From the NCBI GenBank assembly GCA_017513085.1, contig JAFWDK010000022.1, positions 1 to 64,000 of the forward strand: a DNA stretch of 64,000 nucleotides, read 5' to 3'. The notes beneath the pieces are model-generated. The model was not told the origin of the DNA. It ran no database searches and was given only the letters and a program-made list of their open reading frames with translations. Below, in pieces: positions 39,065 to 49,486 of this stretch. Both the position numbers and the translations under genes were made by a program. Within the stretch, counting starts at the first letter, position 1. Every line of letters starts with the position of its first letter. The DNA comes from Clostridiales bacterium (lineage in GTDB: Bacteria > Bacillota > Clostridia > Saccharofermentanales > Saccharofermentanaceae).

Positions 39065-40876
39065 AGTCTTTTTCTCAATATACATGATTTTGTCGGCTTT
39101 GTGCATGCATTCCATAAGATTTTCCCAGCTTGAAACATTGCAACTGCCGATACTGGCACCGATGGAGTATTCTGTTTTTTGTTCCTCGTTGGCTTTCTTG
39201 ATAGCACTTCTGAAAGCTCTGGTAAACTGCCCCAGCCGGCCCGGATTGTCAAGAATCAATACAGCTTCAAATTCGTCCCCTCCCATTCTGGCAGCAATTT
39301 CTCTTTCGTTTACAGAAGAATTCAGACAGTAGGCTATAGATTTCAATGCTTCATCTCCTGCGGAATGACCAAAAGTATCGTTAATGTATTTCAGACCATC
39401 CATATCTATGCTGACTACTGCAATGGAGTATTTTTCCGATGTGCCATCGTGGAAAAGCTCCGAGATCATCTTCTCAAAACCGCGCCGGTTATATAGCCCT
39501 GTCAGAGCATCTTTGATATACAGATCCATGATGTTGTTGGCTTCCGTGAGTCTCTCGTAAAGGCGGAGACGGTTGATCGTTTGTCCCATAAGCACCATGA
39601 TGAATTCCAGTTTTTCATCGATGAAAAAGTTGGCATTATCATCGACAGAGAGCATCGCGTAGCCATACACTTCACTTTTATAGAAGATCGGAAGGAAAAT
39701 GTGGATGCCCGGAACCTGATCGTCCAGTTCTTCCGGGAGAAGAAGCGAAGACGGGAAGTGGATGTCTGCAGTGACTCCTTTTCCATCGGTAAGATATCCG
39801 GTAACTCTTCTGTCGTTTTCACAGAACTCTACAAAACAACATTCATCAAAAATGCCGTATTCCTGGAGATTCAAAAGCGTAAGCTTTACGTTATCCGGAA
39901 AGGTCATCAGATCTTCATATTCGGATTCCATAAGTACGAAAGCCCGGGTCTTGTCATAATAGTTTCTCTGTGCTGCTTCAAGAAGACGATGCATCTCGTC
40001 CGCATCCTGCTTCTCCATGATCTCGTTGGTACTTTCGCGAAGAAGCAGGCGACCGGGAACCGTGATGGTCATATCAATGGTTTCACCTCTGTTTACTCTT
40101 TCCAGACAATCAATAGCTGCACTGACCAAAGTTGATTCTGGAATATCCGATGTGGTCAATGACGGAGAGTATAGAGCAGATGCTGCCAGATTATCGACTC
40201 CTGTGATAAAGGTGTCCTTCGGGATGGAATATCCTCTCGCGATCAGTTCATCCATCAGAGCAAGAGCCATGTAGTCATTCGAGCAGATGATAGCCTTGGG
40301 AAGAGTGCCATCTTTCTTGGTAAAAAAATCAGCAGTTTGCGGGCCCTGGGTAGTCCAGTAATTCCCGTGAAAAATCATGTCCTCCCGGACTTCGTATCCT
40401 GCTTCATGCATGGCATCTTCAAACCCTGCTCTTCGTTCGGCAGAGTCTTTCAGTTCATCACGTCCGGTGACAAATCCGATATCGTCGGTGCCACACTTCT
40501 TGATCACATATTCAGCTATATCATGCATGATGATCCGGTTATCCGGAACGATACTGTAAAAACCTTGCTCGTCTACTCGGATGCTTACTGTCGGAGGGAG
40601 ATCCGCAACTGCTATCAACCTGTCCAGGAGTTCTTTATCCAGACCGGCATGACTAAGAGTATCTGAACATAATATGATTCCGTCGTACATAGTAAGAGGG
40701 GGCAAAGAAAGAATTCCCCGTAGTCCCTGGGCATGAAGAGGGTTCTCACTGGGAACGGAGCAATTTCCGAAAATATCGATCCGATGCCCGTTTTCCAGTG
40801 CTTTTTTCTTAAGGTTCGATATGATCAAAGATGAATAATCCCGATACATATCCCCGATAAATGCACAAATCCTCAT
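39047..40876 (-). CDS. Diguanylate cyclase with N-terminal LacI-type sugar-binding domain
   Basis: AIICSNDYMAL/PSLTT PBP-like domain; DALTGLYNRR, LKYINDTFGH, RMGGDEF. Confidence 0.9.
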   Translation of the reverse strand: MRICAFIGDMYRDYSSLIISNLKKKALENGHRIDIFGNCSVPSENPLHAQGLRGILSLPPLTMYDGIILCSDTLSHAGLDKELLDRLIAVADLPPTVSIRVDEQGFYSIVPDNRIIMHDIAEYVIKKCGTDDIGFVTGRDELKDSAERRAGFEDAMHEAGYEVREDMIFHGNYWTTQGPQTADFFTKKDGTLPKAIICSNDYMALALMDELIARGYSIPKDTFITGVDNLAASALYSPSLTTSDIPESTLVSAAIDCLERVNRGETIDMTITVPGRLLLRESTNEIMEKQDADEMHRLLEAAQRNYYDKTRAFVLMESEYEDLMTFPDNVKLTLLNLQEYGIFDECCFVEFCENDRRVTGYLTDGKGVTADIHFPSSLLLPEELDDQVPGIHIFLPIFYKSEVYGYAMLSVDDNANFFIDEKLEFIMVLMGQTINRLRLYERLTEANNIMDLYIKDALTGLYNRRGFEKMISELFHDGTSEKYSIAVVSIDMDGLKYINDTFGHSAGDEALKSIAYCLNSSVNEREIAARMGGDEFEAVLILDNPGRLGQFTRAFRSAIKKANEEQKTEYSIGASIGSCNVSSWENLMECMHKADKIMYIEKKTKKRAT

Positions 40877-41063
40877 ACAGAATACCTCGCAAACAAATAA
40901 TCAATTTAATTATACGATGTAGCAGCCTATTTCAAATGTCTAAAAAACCGAAAAAAAGTTACCATTCTGAAAACAACTTGAACGCGTTGTCAAAAAGACT
41001 ATACTGGACTAATAAGATGTCCCGGGACCTGAATGCCGGACAAGAAGGTCTCTGGCAAGGAGC

Positions 41064-41738
41064 ATGGTAATGAGATTAAGAAAACTGACAAAGGAAGAGA
41101 TCGATAAGAGAAACGAACCCCCGGTACTGACGACTCTTGAAGAAGTCGGCAATGCGATAACGCATGGTATTGGCGCAGCGCTCTCCATTGCCGGATTTGT
41201 TCTTCTGCTCCTGAAGTCGGATACAGGACTTAAGATCATGGCGTCCTGTTTCTACGGGATCTGCCTGATCCTTCTGTTTCTGATGAGTTGTCTTTACCAT
41301 TCCTGGAAAACAGGACTTTTTGTCAAGAAACTATGGAGACGGTTTGACTATTCTTCCATATATCTTCTGATCGGCGGTACTTTTGCTCCTCTTTGTCTTG
41401 TATACTGGGGCAATACTCCTGGCCTGGTGATGTTTTGTATCCAATGGGCACTGATCATTATGGGAATTACATTCATTGGAGTATTCGGTCCGGCCCGTCT
41501 GATGTCATTACATTTCACATTATATTTTCTTATCGGATGGAGCGGTCTTTTGTTTGTTCCCGGCATGATCAAAAACGATCTTTGGCTGTTTTTCATGATC
41601 CTTGGTGGCGGATTGCTCTATACTTTTGGCATGATCCCTTTTGTGAAAGATAAGAAAGGCGATCACTTTATCTGGCATATCTTTGTACTTCTCGGAGCAA
41701 CTGCGCATTGGTTCGGTATATACCTTTTCGTATACTGA
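41064..41738 (+). CDS. Hemolysin III family (PAQR) membrane protein
   Basis: EE..NAITHG, S.LYH, RRFDYSSIYLLIGG, HFIWHIFV. Confidence 0.9.
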   Translation: MVMRLRKLTKEEIDKRNEPPVLTTLEEVGNAITHGIGAALSIAGFVLLLLKSDTGLKIMASCFYGICLILLFLMSCLYHSWKTGLFVKKLWRRFDYSSIYLLIGGTFAPLCLVYWGNTPGLVMFCIQWALIIMGITFIGVFGPARLMSLHFTLYFLIGWSGLLFVPGMIKNDLWLFFMILGGGLLYTFGMIPFVKDKKGDHFIWHIFVLLGATAHWFGIYLFVY

Positions 41739-41893
41739 GCATAGGACCGGATGCTTTTTCACTGTTTGCAGACCCGAAAATGGGACTTCATTTTTTAGAT
41801 ACTTTAGGAGATGAATACACTAATTTTTCGTTTCGAGTTCTCTGCCGTGACGTTTTATAGTCCGAGCGAATGGGATCTTGAGAAGGAGGAAGT

Positions 41894-43264
41894 ATGGATA
41901 TTGCAGTTCTGATCTTAAGTATCGTTGTTTTGGCCATTGTACTGATCATGGCAATTCTTCTTTTGCGAACATACGCAGGAGTACATATTTTGGCCTCCCG
42001 TCAGGGAGAGGATCCGGCGAGATTATCAGATTCCCTTAGTAAAGTGATCGATCAGAGGATTTCTTCGATGGAGGAGACACTGACTCGTGTGGAGAAGGAA
42101 CAGCAGGAAAATACCCGAAAGCATAATGAAGATCTGAGTAATCTGGCATCAGAACTCCAGATGCAGAAACTGGAGAACATGAACAAACAGATCATGGCGG
42201 TCCTTAAACAAGATAAAGAGGGCAACAGGGAAATGCTGGAGGGTAATGGCAAGGTTTTAGGGAGTGGTCTGGAGACACTGAACAAGTCTATGGAGACGCG
42301 TCTTACAGAACTTACGAAGGTACTTTCCGAGGATTTTCTGAAGATGCGTACAGAGAATAATCAGCAGATCGAGAAGATCAGAGAGACTGTTAACGAGAAA
42401 CTGGATAAGACATTGAATGAGCAGTTTGAGAAGAGTTTCAAGGGTGTTCTGAATCAGATGACGGAACTTCAGAAAACCATGGGAGAACTTAAGGGGATCT
42501 CCAGTCAGGTTGGAAGCCTGGAGAAGACACTCAATGGTGTCAAGACAAGAGGCATTCTTGGTGAGGTCCAGCTAAAACAGATCATTGCTGATGTGCTGCC
42601 TCCCCAGCAGTATGATGTCGAGGTGGCGACCAAGCCGGGATCTATGGAACATGTCGAAATTGCTATTAAGATGCCATTACGTAACGGAGAAGGTTTTTCC
42701 TATCTTCCCATTGACTCGAAATGTCATTTGGACAGATATGAAACATTGTTACAGGCTTACGACCTTGGGGATAAAGAGGCAATTTTGCGAGCAAAGAAAG
42801 AGTTTGCAGTAGCCATACGTGAAGATGCCCGATCGATTTCTGAGAAGTATATCAGTGTACCGGATACGACAGCATATGCGATCCTTTTCGTACCGTTTGA
42901 GGGTATGTATTCAGAGATCGTAAACTTAAACCTTCTGGAAGAGCTGAATCAGTTCCGCGTTACAGTAGCAGGTCCGTATACACTCATGGCTATATTAAGC
43001 ACAGTTACGAACTATTTCCAGGCTTTGGCGATTGAGAAGAAGTCTCACGAGATCGAGCGTACTCTTGGTGCTGTAAAGAAGGAGTTCGGAAATTACGAAA
43101 AAGCCTTAGATAAAGTCAAGAAGAGCCTTGATGCGGCGTCGAATAACCTTGAGACGCTTCGGACAACACGCACAAACGCCGTGAATCGGGCACTTAGAAG
43201 CATCACAGAAATGGAGGATGTCCCGGCTCTGACGGATGTGGTTTCTGATATGGACTCGGACTGA
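41894..43264 (+). CDS. rmuC: DNA recombination protein RmuC
   Basis: N-terminal TM + coiled coil, KTRGILGEVQL, LPIDSK, KYI..P.TT..AILFVPFEG. Confidence 0.9.
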   Translation: MDIAVLILSIVVLAIVLIMAILLLRTYAGVHILASRQGEDPARLSDSLSKVIDQRISSMEETLTRVEKEQQENTRKHNEDLSNLASELQMQKLENMNKQIMAVLKQDKEGNREMLEGNGKVLGSGLETLNKSMETRLTELTKVLSEDFLKMRTENNQQIEKIRETVNEKLDKTLNEQFEKSFKGVLNQMTELQKTMGELKGISSQVGSLEKTLNGVKTRGILGEVQLKQIIADVLPPQQYDVEVATKPGSMEHVEIAIKMPLRNGEGFSYLPIDSKCHLDRYETLLQAYDLGDKEAILRAKKEFAVAIREDARSISEKYISVPDTTAYAILFVPFEGMYSEIVNLNLLEELNQFRVTVAGPYTLMAILSTVTNYFQALAIEKKSHEIERTLGAVKKEFGNYEKALDKVKKSLDAASNNLETLRTTRTNAVNRALRSITEMEDVPALTDVVSDMDSD

Positions 43265-43265
43265 A

Positions 43266-43745
43266 TCAATCCATTCCAAGCAGGTCGAAATCATCCTTCA
43301 TGACGGCGATGATCACAGGTGCACCAGGTGCTCTTTCTGCATCAGAATCGGTTTTATCAATGAAAGAGAGATCAGAAACTGCAATTCCGCTGACCATATA
43401 ACCTTTTTCATTCTTTCCAAGGATTTTGCCGGTATAGAAGGAATAATTCTTTTTGCCAATATTCTTTAAGGTAGAAAAGATATTAAAAACCGCATAAAGA
43501 GGCAGACACAATACGAGTAAAAGAAAGATAATGATCTTGACACTATATACAATGATGTGGAAAACGTGAATAAAGAGGAGGATCAGCGCAATCACAGCGA
43601 CCAGTAAGATGAGCGATCCGAAAAGAAAGGTACAAGCAGATTTGATTTTGCAAGAGGTATACTTTTTGATCTGCGCTTCGGTTGGCGTATATGGTTGTAC
43701 GATAGAAAGATCGATCTTAGATGGATTGGATTGTGCTTCAGACAT
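43266..43745 (-). CDS. Hypothetical membrane protein
   Basis: 159 aa, RBS GGAGG, two TM segments. Confidence 0.7.
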   Translation of the reverse strand: MSEAQSNPSKIDLSIVQPYTPTEAQIKKYTSCKIKSACTFLFGSLILLVAVIALILLFIHVFHIIVYSVKIIIFLLLVLCLPLYAVFNIFSTLKNIGKKNYSFYTGKILGKNEKGYMVSGIAVSDLSFIDKTDSDAERAPGAPVIIAVMKDDFDLLGMD

Positions 43746-43966
43746 AGTTTGTTCCTCCGATGTAATAACGTATTAATGTAGCACCTAAATATCTGTGTAC
43801 TGAAATTTCAAAGGATATTATACCATTTTTGCGAGATCAAGGAGACGACTGCAAATACCTGTTGGTGAGGAAGAGTTTTTGAAAAATTGAATTAATAGTG
43901 GAAATGTTTTGGTTTCTATGTTAGAATATCACATGTCGCTTCGATAGAAGCATACGACTTCGGCAT

Positions 43967-44059
43967 GGAGAAGTACCCAAGAGGCCGAAGGGGAGGCTTT
44001 GCTAAAGCTTTAGGTGGTGTAACAGCCGCGCGAGGGTTCGACTCCCTCCTTCTCCGCCA
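43967..44059 (+). tRNA. tRNA-Ser (GCT)
   Basis: Acceptor GGAGAAG/CTTCTCC-G-CCA; anticodon arm AGGCT-TTGCTAA-AGCTT; long variable arm; T arm GAGGG-TTCGACT-CCCTC. Confidence 0.95.
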
Positions 44060-44068
44060 AACATGACG

Positions 44069-44107
44069 AATCCCGAAAGTCCGAAATATAAGGCTTTCGG
44101 GATTTTT
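44069..44107 (+). terminator. Terminator after tRNA-Ser
   Basis: AATCCCGAAAGTC...GGCTTTCGGGATT followed by TTT. Confidence 0.75.
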
Positions 44108-44125
44108 GTTTTCCTGGAATACTGA

Positions 44126-44152
44126 TTTGACGACAGTTTTTGACCACAGTTT
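44126..44152 (+). repeat. Integrase arm-type-like direct repeat
   Basis: TTTGACGACAG-TT-TTTGACCACAG just after the tRNA terminator. Confidence 0.5.
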
Positions 44153-44483
44153 ATTCTAAATCGTCGGTTTGAGTTTTGATGCCAAACAAAATGTTCAGGA
44201 AATCGCGCCTTGCATCAAGGACTCGGATGATCTTAATCTGGTCATCCTCTATACGATAAAAAACATAGTTTTTGTTGGCATAGATGTAGCGATAGTCGGA
44301 CTCGATCCCATACCTTTCCCATATACCTGATCCAGACATTGGAAACTGTTCTAGTAATTTGATGTCATGAATAATCAGAGCGATATTCTTAGTAGCCGCT
44401 TTTTCGCCGAACTGGCTCTGTATGTAATCTTTTATCTCTTCTACATCGATGAGCGCTTGTGGAGAAAAAACTATGTGTTTCAT
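44151..44483 (-). CDS. RelE/ParE family toxin
   Basis: FSPQALIDVEEIKDYI, FPMSG, YRY...NYVFYRI, IRVLDARRD. Confidence 0.9.
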   Translation of the reverse strand: MKHIVFSPQALIDVEEIKDYIQSQFGEKAATKNIALIIHDIKLLEQFPMSGSGIWERYGIESDYRYIYANKNYVFYRIEDDQIKIIRVLDARRDFLNILFGIKTQTDDLE

Positions 44484-44722
44484 AAGCCAAGCCTTTTCTC
44501 AACATCTTCAAGAGAGATCCAGCCATCTTTAGCGGAAGCCTCACCCTTTCCCAGTTCCCAGATAAGAGCTTTCATGGCATTTAGTTCGTCAAGTTCCTTC
44601 ATGTTTACAATAGCATAGTCACCCCTACCGTTTTTTGTAAGATAAACCGGAGAACCATAGGACACCTCATCCAAAACACTTTTATAGTTTCTCAAATCAG
44701 ATACGGGTCTAATATTTGGCAT
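44480..44722 (-). CDS. Phd/YefM family antitoxin
   Basis: MPNIRPVSDLRNY...PVYLTKNGRG; RBS GGAGG; 4-nt overlap with the toxin. Confidence 0.9.
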   Translation of the reverse strand: MPNIRPVSDLRNYKSVLDEVSYGSPVYLTKNGRGDYAIVNMKELDELNAMKALIWELGKGEASAKDGWISLEDVEKRLGL

Positions 44723-44882
44723 GTGATAACCTCCATAATAATGTGCATAATTCACATCATTATTATACATAAAATATACAGCAAAATCAAATCGAGCTTT
44801 CAGAACAAAAGGAGTTTGAAATTCCAAAATGGAATCTCAAGATAATGGCCCGTAAACATATCGTTTACAGGCCACGGTCACG

Positions 44883-46178
44883 TTATTCTATTCTCATCTT
44901 TTCGATATTATCAATAATGCATCTCGTCATTTTCTTGTTTGTTTCATAGAGTTCTTTGTATCGATCTTTGTCAGCGAAGTAAGCAGTAGAGATAAACTGA
45001 TTTGCAAGGATGATATATGGCACCGCCAGTTTTTCCTCTTCGGTTAGCCTTACGACGGAATCGTATCCTGCGAGCATCTCTTTCATAACGCTTAACCATT
45101 TCATGAACTTGTCGCTGTTTCCGTCCTCGAAAGTCTCGGAAAGTATGGCTGTTGTTGCATAACATGGATCGAAGATCCTGACGTTCCTCTCGCTCAATTC
45201 GAAGTCGATGAATCCCCATTTATCATCAGCTACGATGATGTTGCTCGGATTCGGATCTCTGTGGATCACCTGTCTCGGAAGTGACTTGTAGAGCTCCTCA
45301 AATTCAGAAAGAAACTTCTTTGTGAAGTCATCGTCTAACCCTAGTTCCGATGAAACCTTTGGCAATGCCCATGACTTGACCGCATCGTAAGTATCAACTT
45401 CGTCTGTTGCCGTATCTACCGTAGAGAGTGCTTTATCGAGCCAACCGATGATCTCACCAGTATACCTTGCCTTTTTCTCATAATCATCCAGATACAGCTT
45501 GCCTGCCATTACTCTTTCTCCGTCGATCTTCCGGCTGAGGGTAAAGTAGAGTTCGCCTTCCTGTACGTATTCTCTTCCATCCTTAGTCGGAATGATCGTC
45601 GGTGCGGATAATCCGACGTTGTTAAGCGCTCCGGCTATCTCGATCGCTTTCTTCGTATTGCCAAGATTTGCAGTGTACTTGATCACATATTCATCACCGA
45701 CAAACTTGGATGTATCGCTTATTTCTCCAGTCTCGGGAAATACGATATCAGAGACTTTCTGATCCTGAAGGTCCCAGTTAGAGAGAACTTCCGTGATCAA
45801 CTTATGATTTATCATAATGTGTTCCTCCTGTAAGATATTGATCTTGTAAGGCTTTTTGGCCTTGAACTTACGAAGGTACTCTGACGGTGTATAGCCGGTC
45901 TCCCGAACGAAGGATCTGTAGAAACCCGAATACGTGTCAAACCCGTACTCGAATGCAACGTCACCTTTCCTGCGTCCAGTTCCGATCTCGTATATCGCAT
46001 TAAGAAGCTTTCTTCTCAGGATATACTGCATTACAGGAAAACCTACGGCATCCTGAAATATTCTGTAGAAATGGAACAGTGAATAACCCGCTTCCTGAGA
46101 GAGCATCTCTGCGTTAATCTCGTCCTTAAGATTCGCTTCGATCTTATCCAATGTTTTCTGGATACAGTCCTTATACAC
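44883..46178 (-). CDS. AraC-type HTH fused to an APH/homoserine-kinase-like phosphotransferase
   Basis: GTG start 46178 with GGAGG; GYSLFHFYRIF...YGFDTYSGFYRSF...TPSEY; IHRDPNPSN and IDFE kinase motifs. Confidence 0.85.
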   Translation of the reverse strand: MYKDCIQKTLDKIEANLKDEINAEMLSQEAGYSLFHFYRIFQDAVGFPVMQYILRRKLLNAIYEIGTGRRKGDVAFEYGFDTYSGFYRSFVRETGYTPSEYLRKFKAKKPYKINILQEEHIMINHKLITEVLSNWDLQDQKVSDIVFPETGEISDTSKFVGDEYVIKYTANLGNTKKAIEIAGALNNVGLSAPTIIPTKDGREYVQEGELYFTLSRKIDGERVMAGKLYLDDYEKKARYTGEIIGWLDKALSTVDTATDEVDTYDAVKSWALPKVSSELGLDDDFTKKFLSEFEELYKSLPRQVIHRDPNPSNIIVADDKWGFIDFELSERNVRIFDPCYATTAILSETFEDGNSDKFMKWLSVMKEMLAGYDSVVRLTEEEKLAVPYIILANQFISTAYFADKDRYKELYETNKKMTRCIIDNIEKMRIE

Positions 46179-46578
46179 TTTGGTACCTCCTTTCTCAATT
46201 TCTTGCAGCTGCAACAAGTTTATGATAGCGCATATGTTGCTCGAAAACATTTCCTGTTTTGCTGTATTGGCGAAGTGGTGGAGTCTTGAGGTCAAAAATC
46301 TTGACCTCAAGACAGCGCGAGATCGTTCGACTGTCTTCTCAAAGATCGGTATCTTTTGTGGATAGACGAGACAAATCCTGAATGTCTCCCAGTGGATGTT
46401 CAGGATTTTTCTATTAGTGGAAAAATGTAAAGCCGGTGCGACATGATTTTCTTGAATTGCACGTTCTGATTGGTGTACTTGTAAATCTCCGTATGACATA
46501 ATGACATTACGGATCGGGAAGATCCGGATACACTGTTTCGGCCGACAGGAGAATCTATAAAGCTGAGGAGATTACACC

Positions 46579-47283
46579 ATGAGTTTAGGTAAGAATATTC
46601 AATATCTGCGTAAGATCAATAAGCTGAAACAGGACCAGTTTGCAGAGAAGATGGGTGTCAGCAGACAGACCATTTCCCGGTGGGAGTCGGACGAAGTGAC
46701 TCCGGAACTTTCCAAGCTGGTGGAGATGTGTTCCCTGTTTTCCTGTAGTATGGATGAACTGGTCAGAGGCGATCTGACTTCTAAAGGGGAGATCTACTCT
46801 GATGTCACGATCCGAAAAGTGCCTGCTTTCCGGATGGCGAAATATGCCATTATCTCCCAGGAGCCGGAAGATGACGTGCTGACTCATATGAAAAACTGGG
46901 CGGAGAAGAGCGGCCTTATTGCCGCGGATCCGAAGGCGAAGCGGATCGGATGGGATTTCCCGTTTGTGTCCCAGGAACAGAGCATGCGTTTCGGCATGCA
47001 CGGATATGCGGCTGCATATGTTCTTCCTGATGGTTTCCGGACAAATTGCGAAGGCGTGGAATATTGCGATAACAAGGAAGCCAGCTATGCGGTGATCACG
47101 GTAAAAGATCCGATGGTACAGCCGTTCGAGCGTATCCCGGTCGGGTATAAGCACATCATGGAATACCTGGAAGCAAATAGCATCAAGGGCAGACAGGACG
47201 ATAACGTTCTTGGCTGTTTCGAGTACGAATATGAGAAAGACGGTACAGAGTACATGGATATTTATATCTGTGTAGACATATAA
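46579..47283 (+). CDS. XRE HTH regulator with GyrI-like effector-binding domain
   Basis: QDQFAEKMGVSRQTISRWE; GWDFP, GYAAA, CFEY, MDIYI. Confidence 0.85.
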   Translation: MSLGKNIQYLRKINKLKQDQFAEKMGVSRQTISRWESDEVTPELSKLVEMCSLFSCSMDELVRGDLTSKGEIYSDVTIRKVPAFRMAKYAIISQEPEDDVLTHMKNWAEKSGLIAADPKAKRIGWDFPFVSQEQSMRFGMHGYAAAYVLPDGFRTNCEGVEYCDNKEASYAVITVKDPMVQPFERIPVGYKHIMEYLEANSIKGRQDDNVLGCFEYEYEKDGTEYMDIYICVDI

Positions 47284-47483
47284 ACTGAATGCTTGTGAGT
47301 TCATCAGTCTTTTTAAGTCTGGTATTTTGTGGATCGTGGATACATGACCCGTGATGGTTATCTCATCGCGGGTTTTTTGTTGAAGTTTTCTTTTCCCTGA
47401 GCGGAGGCATCTACGTGGCAAAGATGTACGAATCGTGGTTGTGTGATACAATCGAAGTATTATAGGCGTTGGGGGATAGTTTC

Positions 47484-49466
47484 ATGGAAAAGCCATTCAA
47501 ACCATATATACCTGCTGATAAAGTCACGACGGAGATGACACCGGCCTCGATCATTCTGGGCATCGTGCTTGCTGTCGTATTCGGTGCGGCAAATGCTTAT
47601 CTTGGACTGAAAGTCGGACTGACTGTTTCGGCTTCGATTCCGGCGGCCGTCATCTCGATGACGATCATAAGGATCATCATGCGTAAAGATTCCATCCTGG
47701 AGAGTAATATGGTCCAGACCATCGGTTCTGCCGGTGAGTCACTGGCGGCGGGTGCGATCTTCACGATGCCTGCACTGTTTATCTGGGCGAAGGAAGGTGT
47801 GATGGACAAACCTTCGCTGATCTCGATCACGATCATTGCTCTGGTGGGCGGACTTCTGGGTGTGTTTTTCATGGTACCTCTCCGCAGTGCCCTGATCGTA
47901 AAAGAACACGGTGTGCTGCCGTATCCGGAAGGCACTGCCTGTGCAGAAGTACTGCTTGCCGGTGAGGAAGGCGGATCTTCTGCTAAGTCTGTTTTTATAG
48001 GTATGGCACTTGGTGCTGTCGTCAAGTTTTTTGCTGACGGACTTTGTGCGGTGAAGTCGGTGGTCACATTTAAGATCTCCGCGTTGAAGACGGAATTCTC
48101 TTCGGAAATCTATCCTGCGCTGATCTCGGTCGGATATATTTGCGGACCGAAGATCTCAGCGTACATGTTTGCAGGCGGTCTTCTGGGCTGGTTCGTTCTG
48201 ATCCCGGCGATCGTGAATTTCGGCACGGATATAGTTATGTATCCGGCGAGCGTTTCCGTTGCGGAACTTTACGCGGAGGGCGGTGCGTCCGCCATCTGGG
48301 CGAGCTATATCAAATATATCGGTGCCGGTGCAGTTGCGGCGGCTGGTATTATCAGTCTGATCAAGACATTCCCGACGATCGTGAAGGCGTTCAAGGGCTC
48401 CATGCAGGGTCTCTCGAAAAAAGCAAAGGGCAAGGGTGCTTTGGATCGTACGAGTCAGGATCTGGACATGCGGTTCGTGCTCCTGTCGATTGCCGTTTTG
48501 ATCATTCTGATCTGGGTACTCCCGTCGATTCCGGTTACGATTTTCGGCGCACTTCTGGTCGTGTTCTTCGGATTCTTCTTCAGTGCAGTCAGCTCGAGAA
48601 TGGTTGGCCTTGTAGGAAGTTCAAACAATCCGGTTTCCGGTATGACGATCGCGACTGTACTGATTGCGACTTTCTGTCTGAAACTCACCGGCGATGTCGG
48701 TGTGCATGGTATGCACGGTGCCATCGCAATCGGTTCGATCATCTGTATTGCGGCATGTATGGCCGGTGATACTTCGCAAGACCTGAAGACAGGTTATATT
48801 CTGGGTGCAACTCCGAAGAAACAGCAGATCGGTGAGATCATGGGTACGATCGCCGCGGCGTTGGCCATCGGCGGTGTTATGATCCTTCTGGATTCTGCAT
48901 TCAGTTTCGGAACGGATAAGCTTGCAGCGCCGCAGGCCACGATGATGAAGATGATCATCGAGGGTGTCATGGATGGAAATCTTCCATGGGCATTGATCTT
49001 TATCGGTGTCTTTATCGCTATTGTCATCGAGTTCCTCGGTGTTTCAGCGCTGCCGGTTGCAATCGGCCTTTATCTCCCGCTGGAGCTGTCTGCTCCGATC
49101 ATGTTCGGTGGTCTTATTAAGTGGATCGTGGATAAGAGAAATGGTAAGCAGAAGGATGAGTCTGGTAAAGGAATTCTCTTCTGTTCCGGCTTGATTGCCG
49201 GCGAAGGTATATTGGGCGTGCTTCTTGCAATCCTGACGGTTACGAATGTGGCCGGGAAGATCGATATCAGTTCACATATACCTTCCGGAAATGTTACATC
49301 GCTGATCGTGTTGATCGGTATCGGTGTGCTGGTACTTCTCATGGCAGGGAAGAAGCCGGTGAAAGCTGTAGTTAAGGAAGGTGCGGATGCGCAGACTGTA
49401 AAGGATGCTTCTGCTGATGCAGCAAAGGATGAACCCAAAGCGGCATCGAAAGAGACTAAGAAGTAA
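47484..49466 (+). CDS. OPT family oligopeptide transporter
   Basis: ANAYLGLKVGLTVSASIPAAV, LPYPEGTAC, SSNNPVSGM, QDLKTGY, APQA. Confidence 0.92.
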   Translation: MEKPFKPYIPADKVTTEMTPASIILGIVLAVVFGAANAYLGLKVGLTVSASIPAAVISMTIIRIIMRKDSILESNMVQTIGSAGESLAAGAIFTMPALFIWAKEGVMDKPSLISITIIALVGGLLGVFFMVPLRSALIVKEHGVLPYPEGTACAEVLLAGEEGGSSAKSVFIGMALGAVVKFFADGLCAVKSVVTFKISALKTEFSSEIYPALISVGYICGPKISAYMFAGGLLGWFVLIPAIVNFGTDIVMYPASVSVAELYAEGGASAIWASYIKYIGAGAVAAAGIISLIKTFPTIVKAFKGSMQGLSKKAKGKGALDRTSQDLDMRFVLLSIAVLIILIWVLPSIPVTIFGALLVVFFGFFFSAVSSRMVGLVGSSNNPVSGMTIATVLIATFCLKLTGDVGVHGMHGAIAIGSIICIAACMAGDTSQDLKTGYILGATPKKQQIGEIMGTIAAALAIGGVMILLDSAFSFGTDKLAAPQATMMKMIIEGVMDGNLPWALIFIGVFIAIVIEFLGVSALPVAIGLYLPLELSAPIMFGGLIKWIVDKRNGKQKDESGKGILFCSGLIAGEGILGVLLAILTVTNVAGKIDISSHIPSGNVTSLIVLIGIGVLVLLMAGKKPVKAVVKEGADAQTVKDASADAAKDEPKAASKETKK

Positions 49467-49486
49467 GATGTAGAGGTAGGTGCTAC

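Noticed and set aside
46179-46499. N-terminal extension of the 538-aa ORF
   Set aside because: GGAGG plus GTG at 46178 marks the AraC start; the extension runs through intergenic hairpins.
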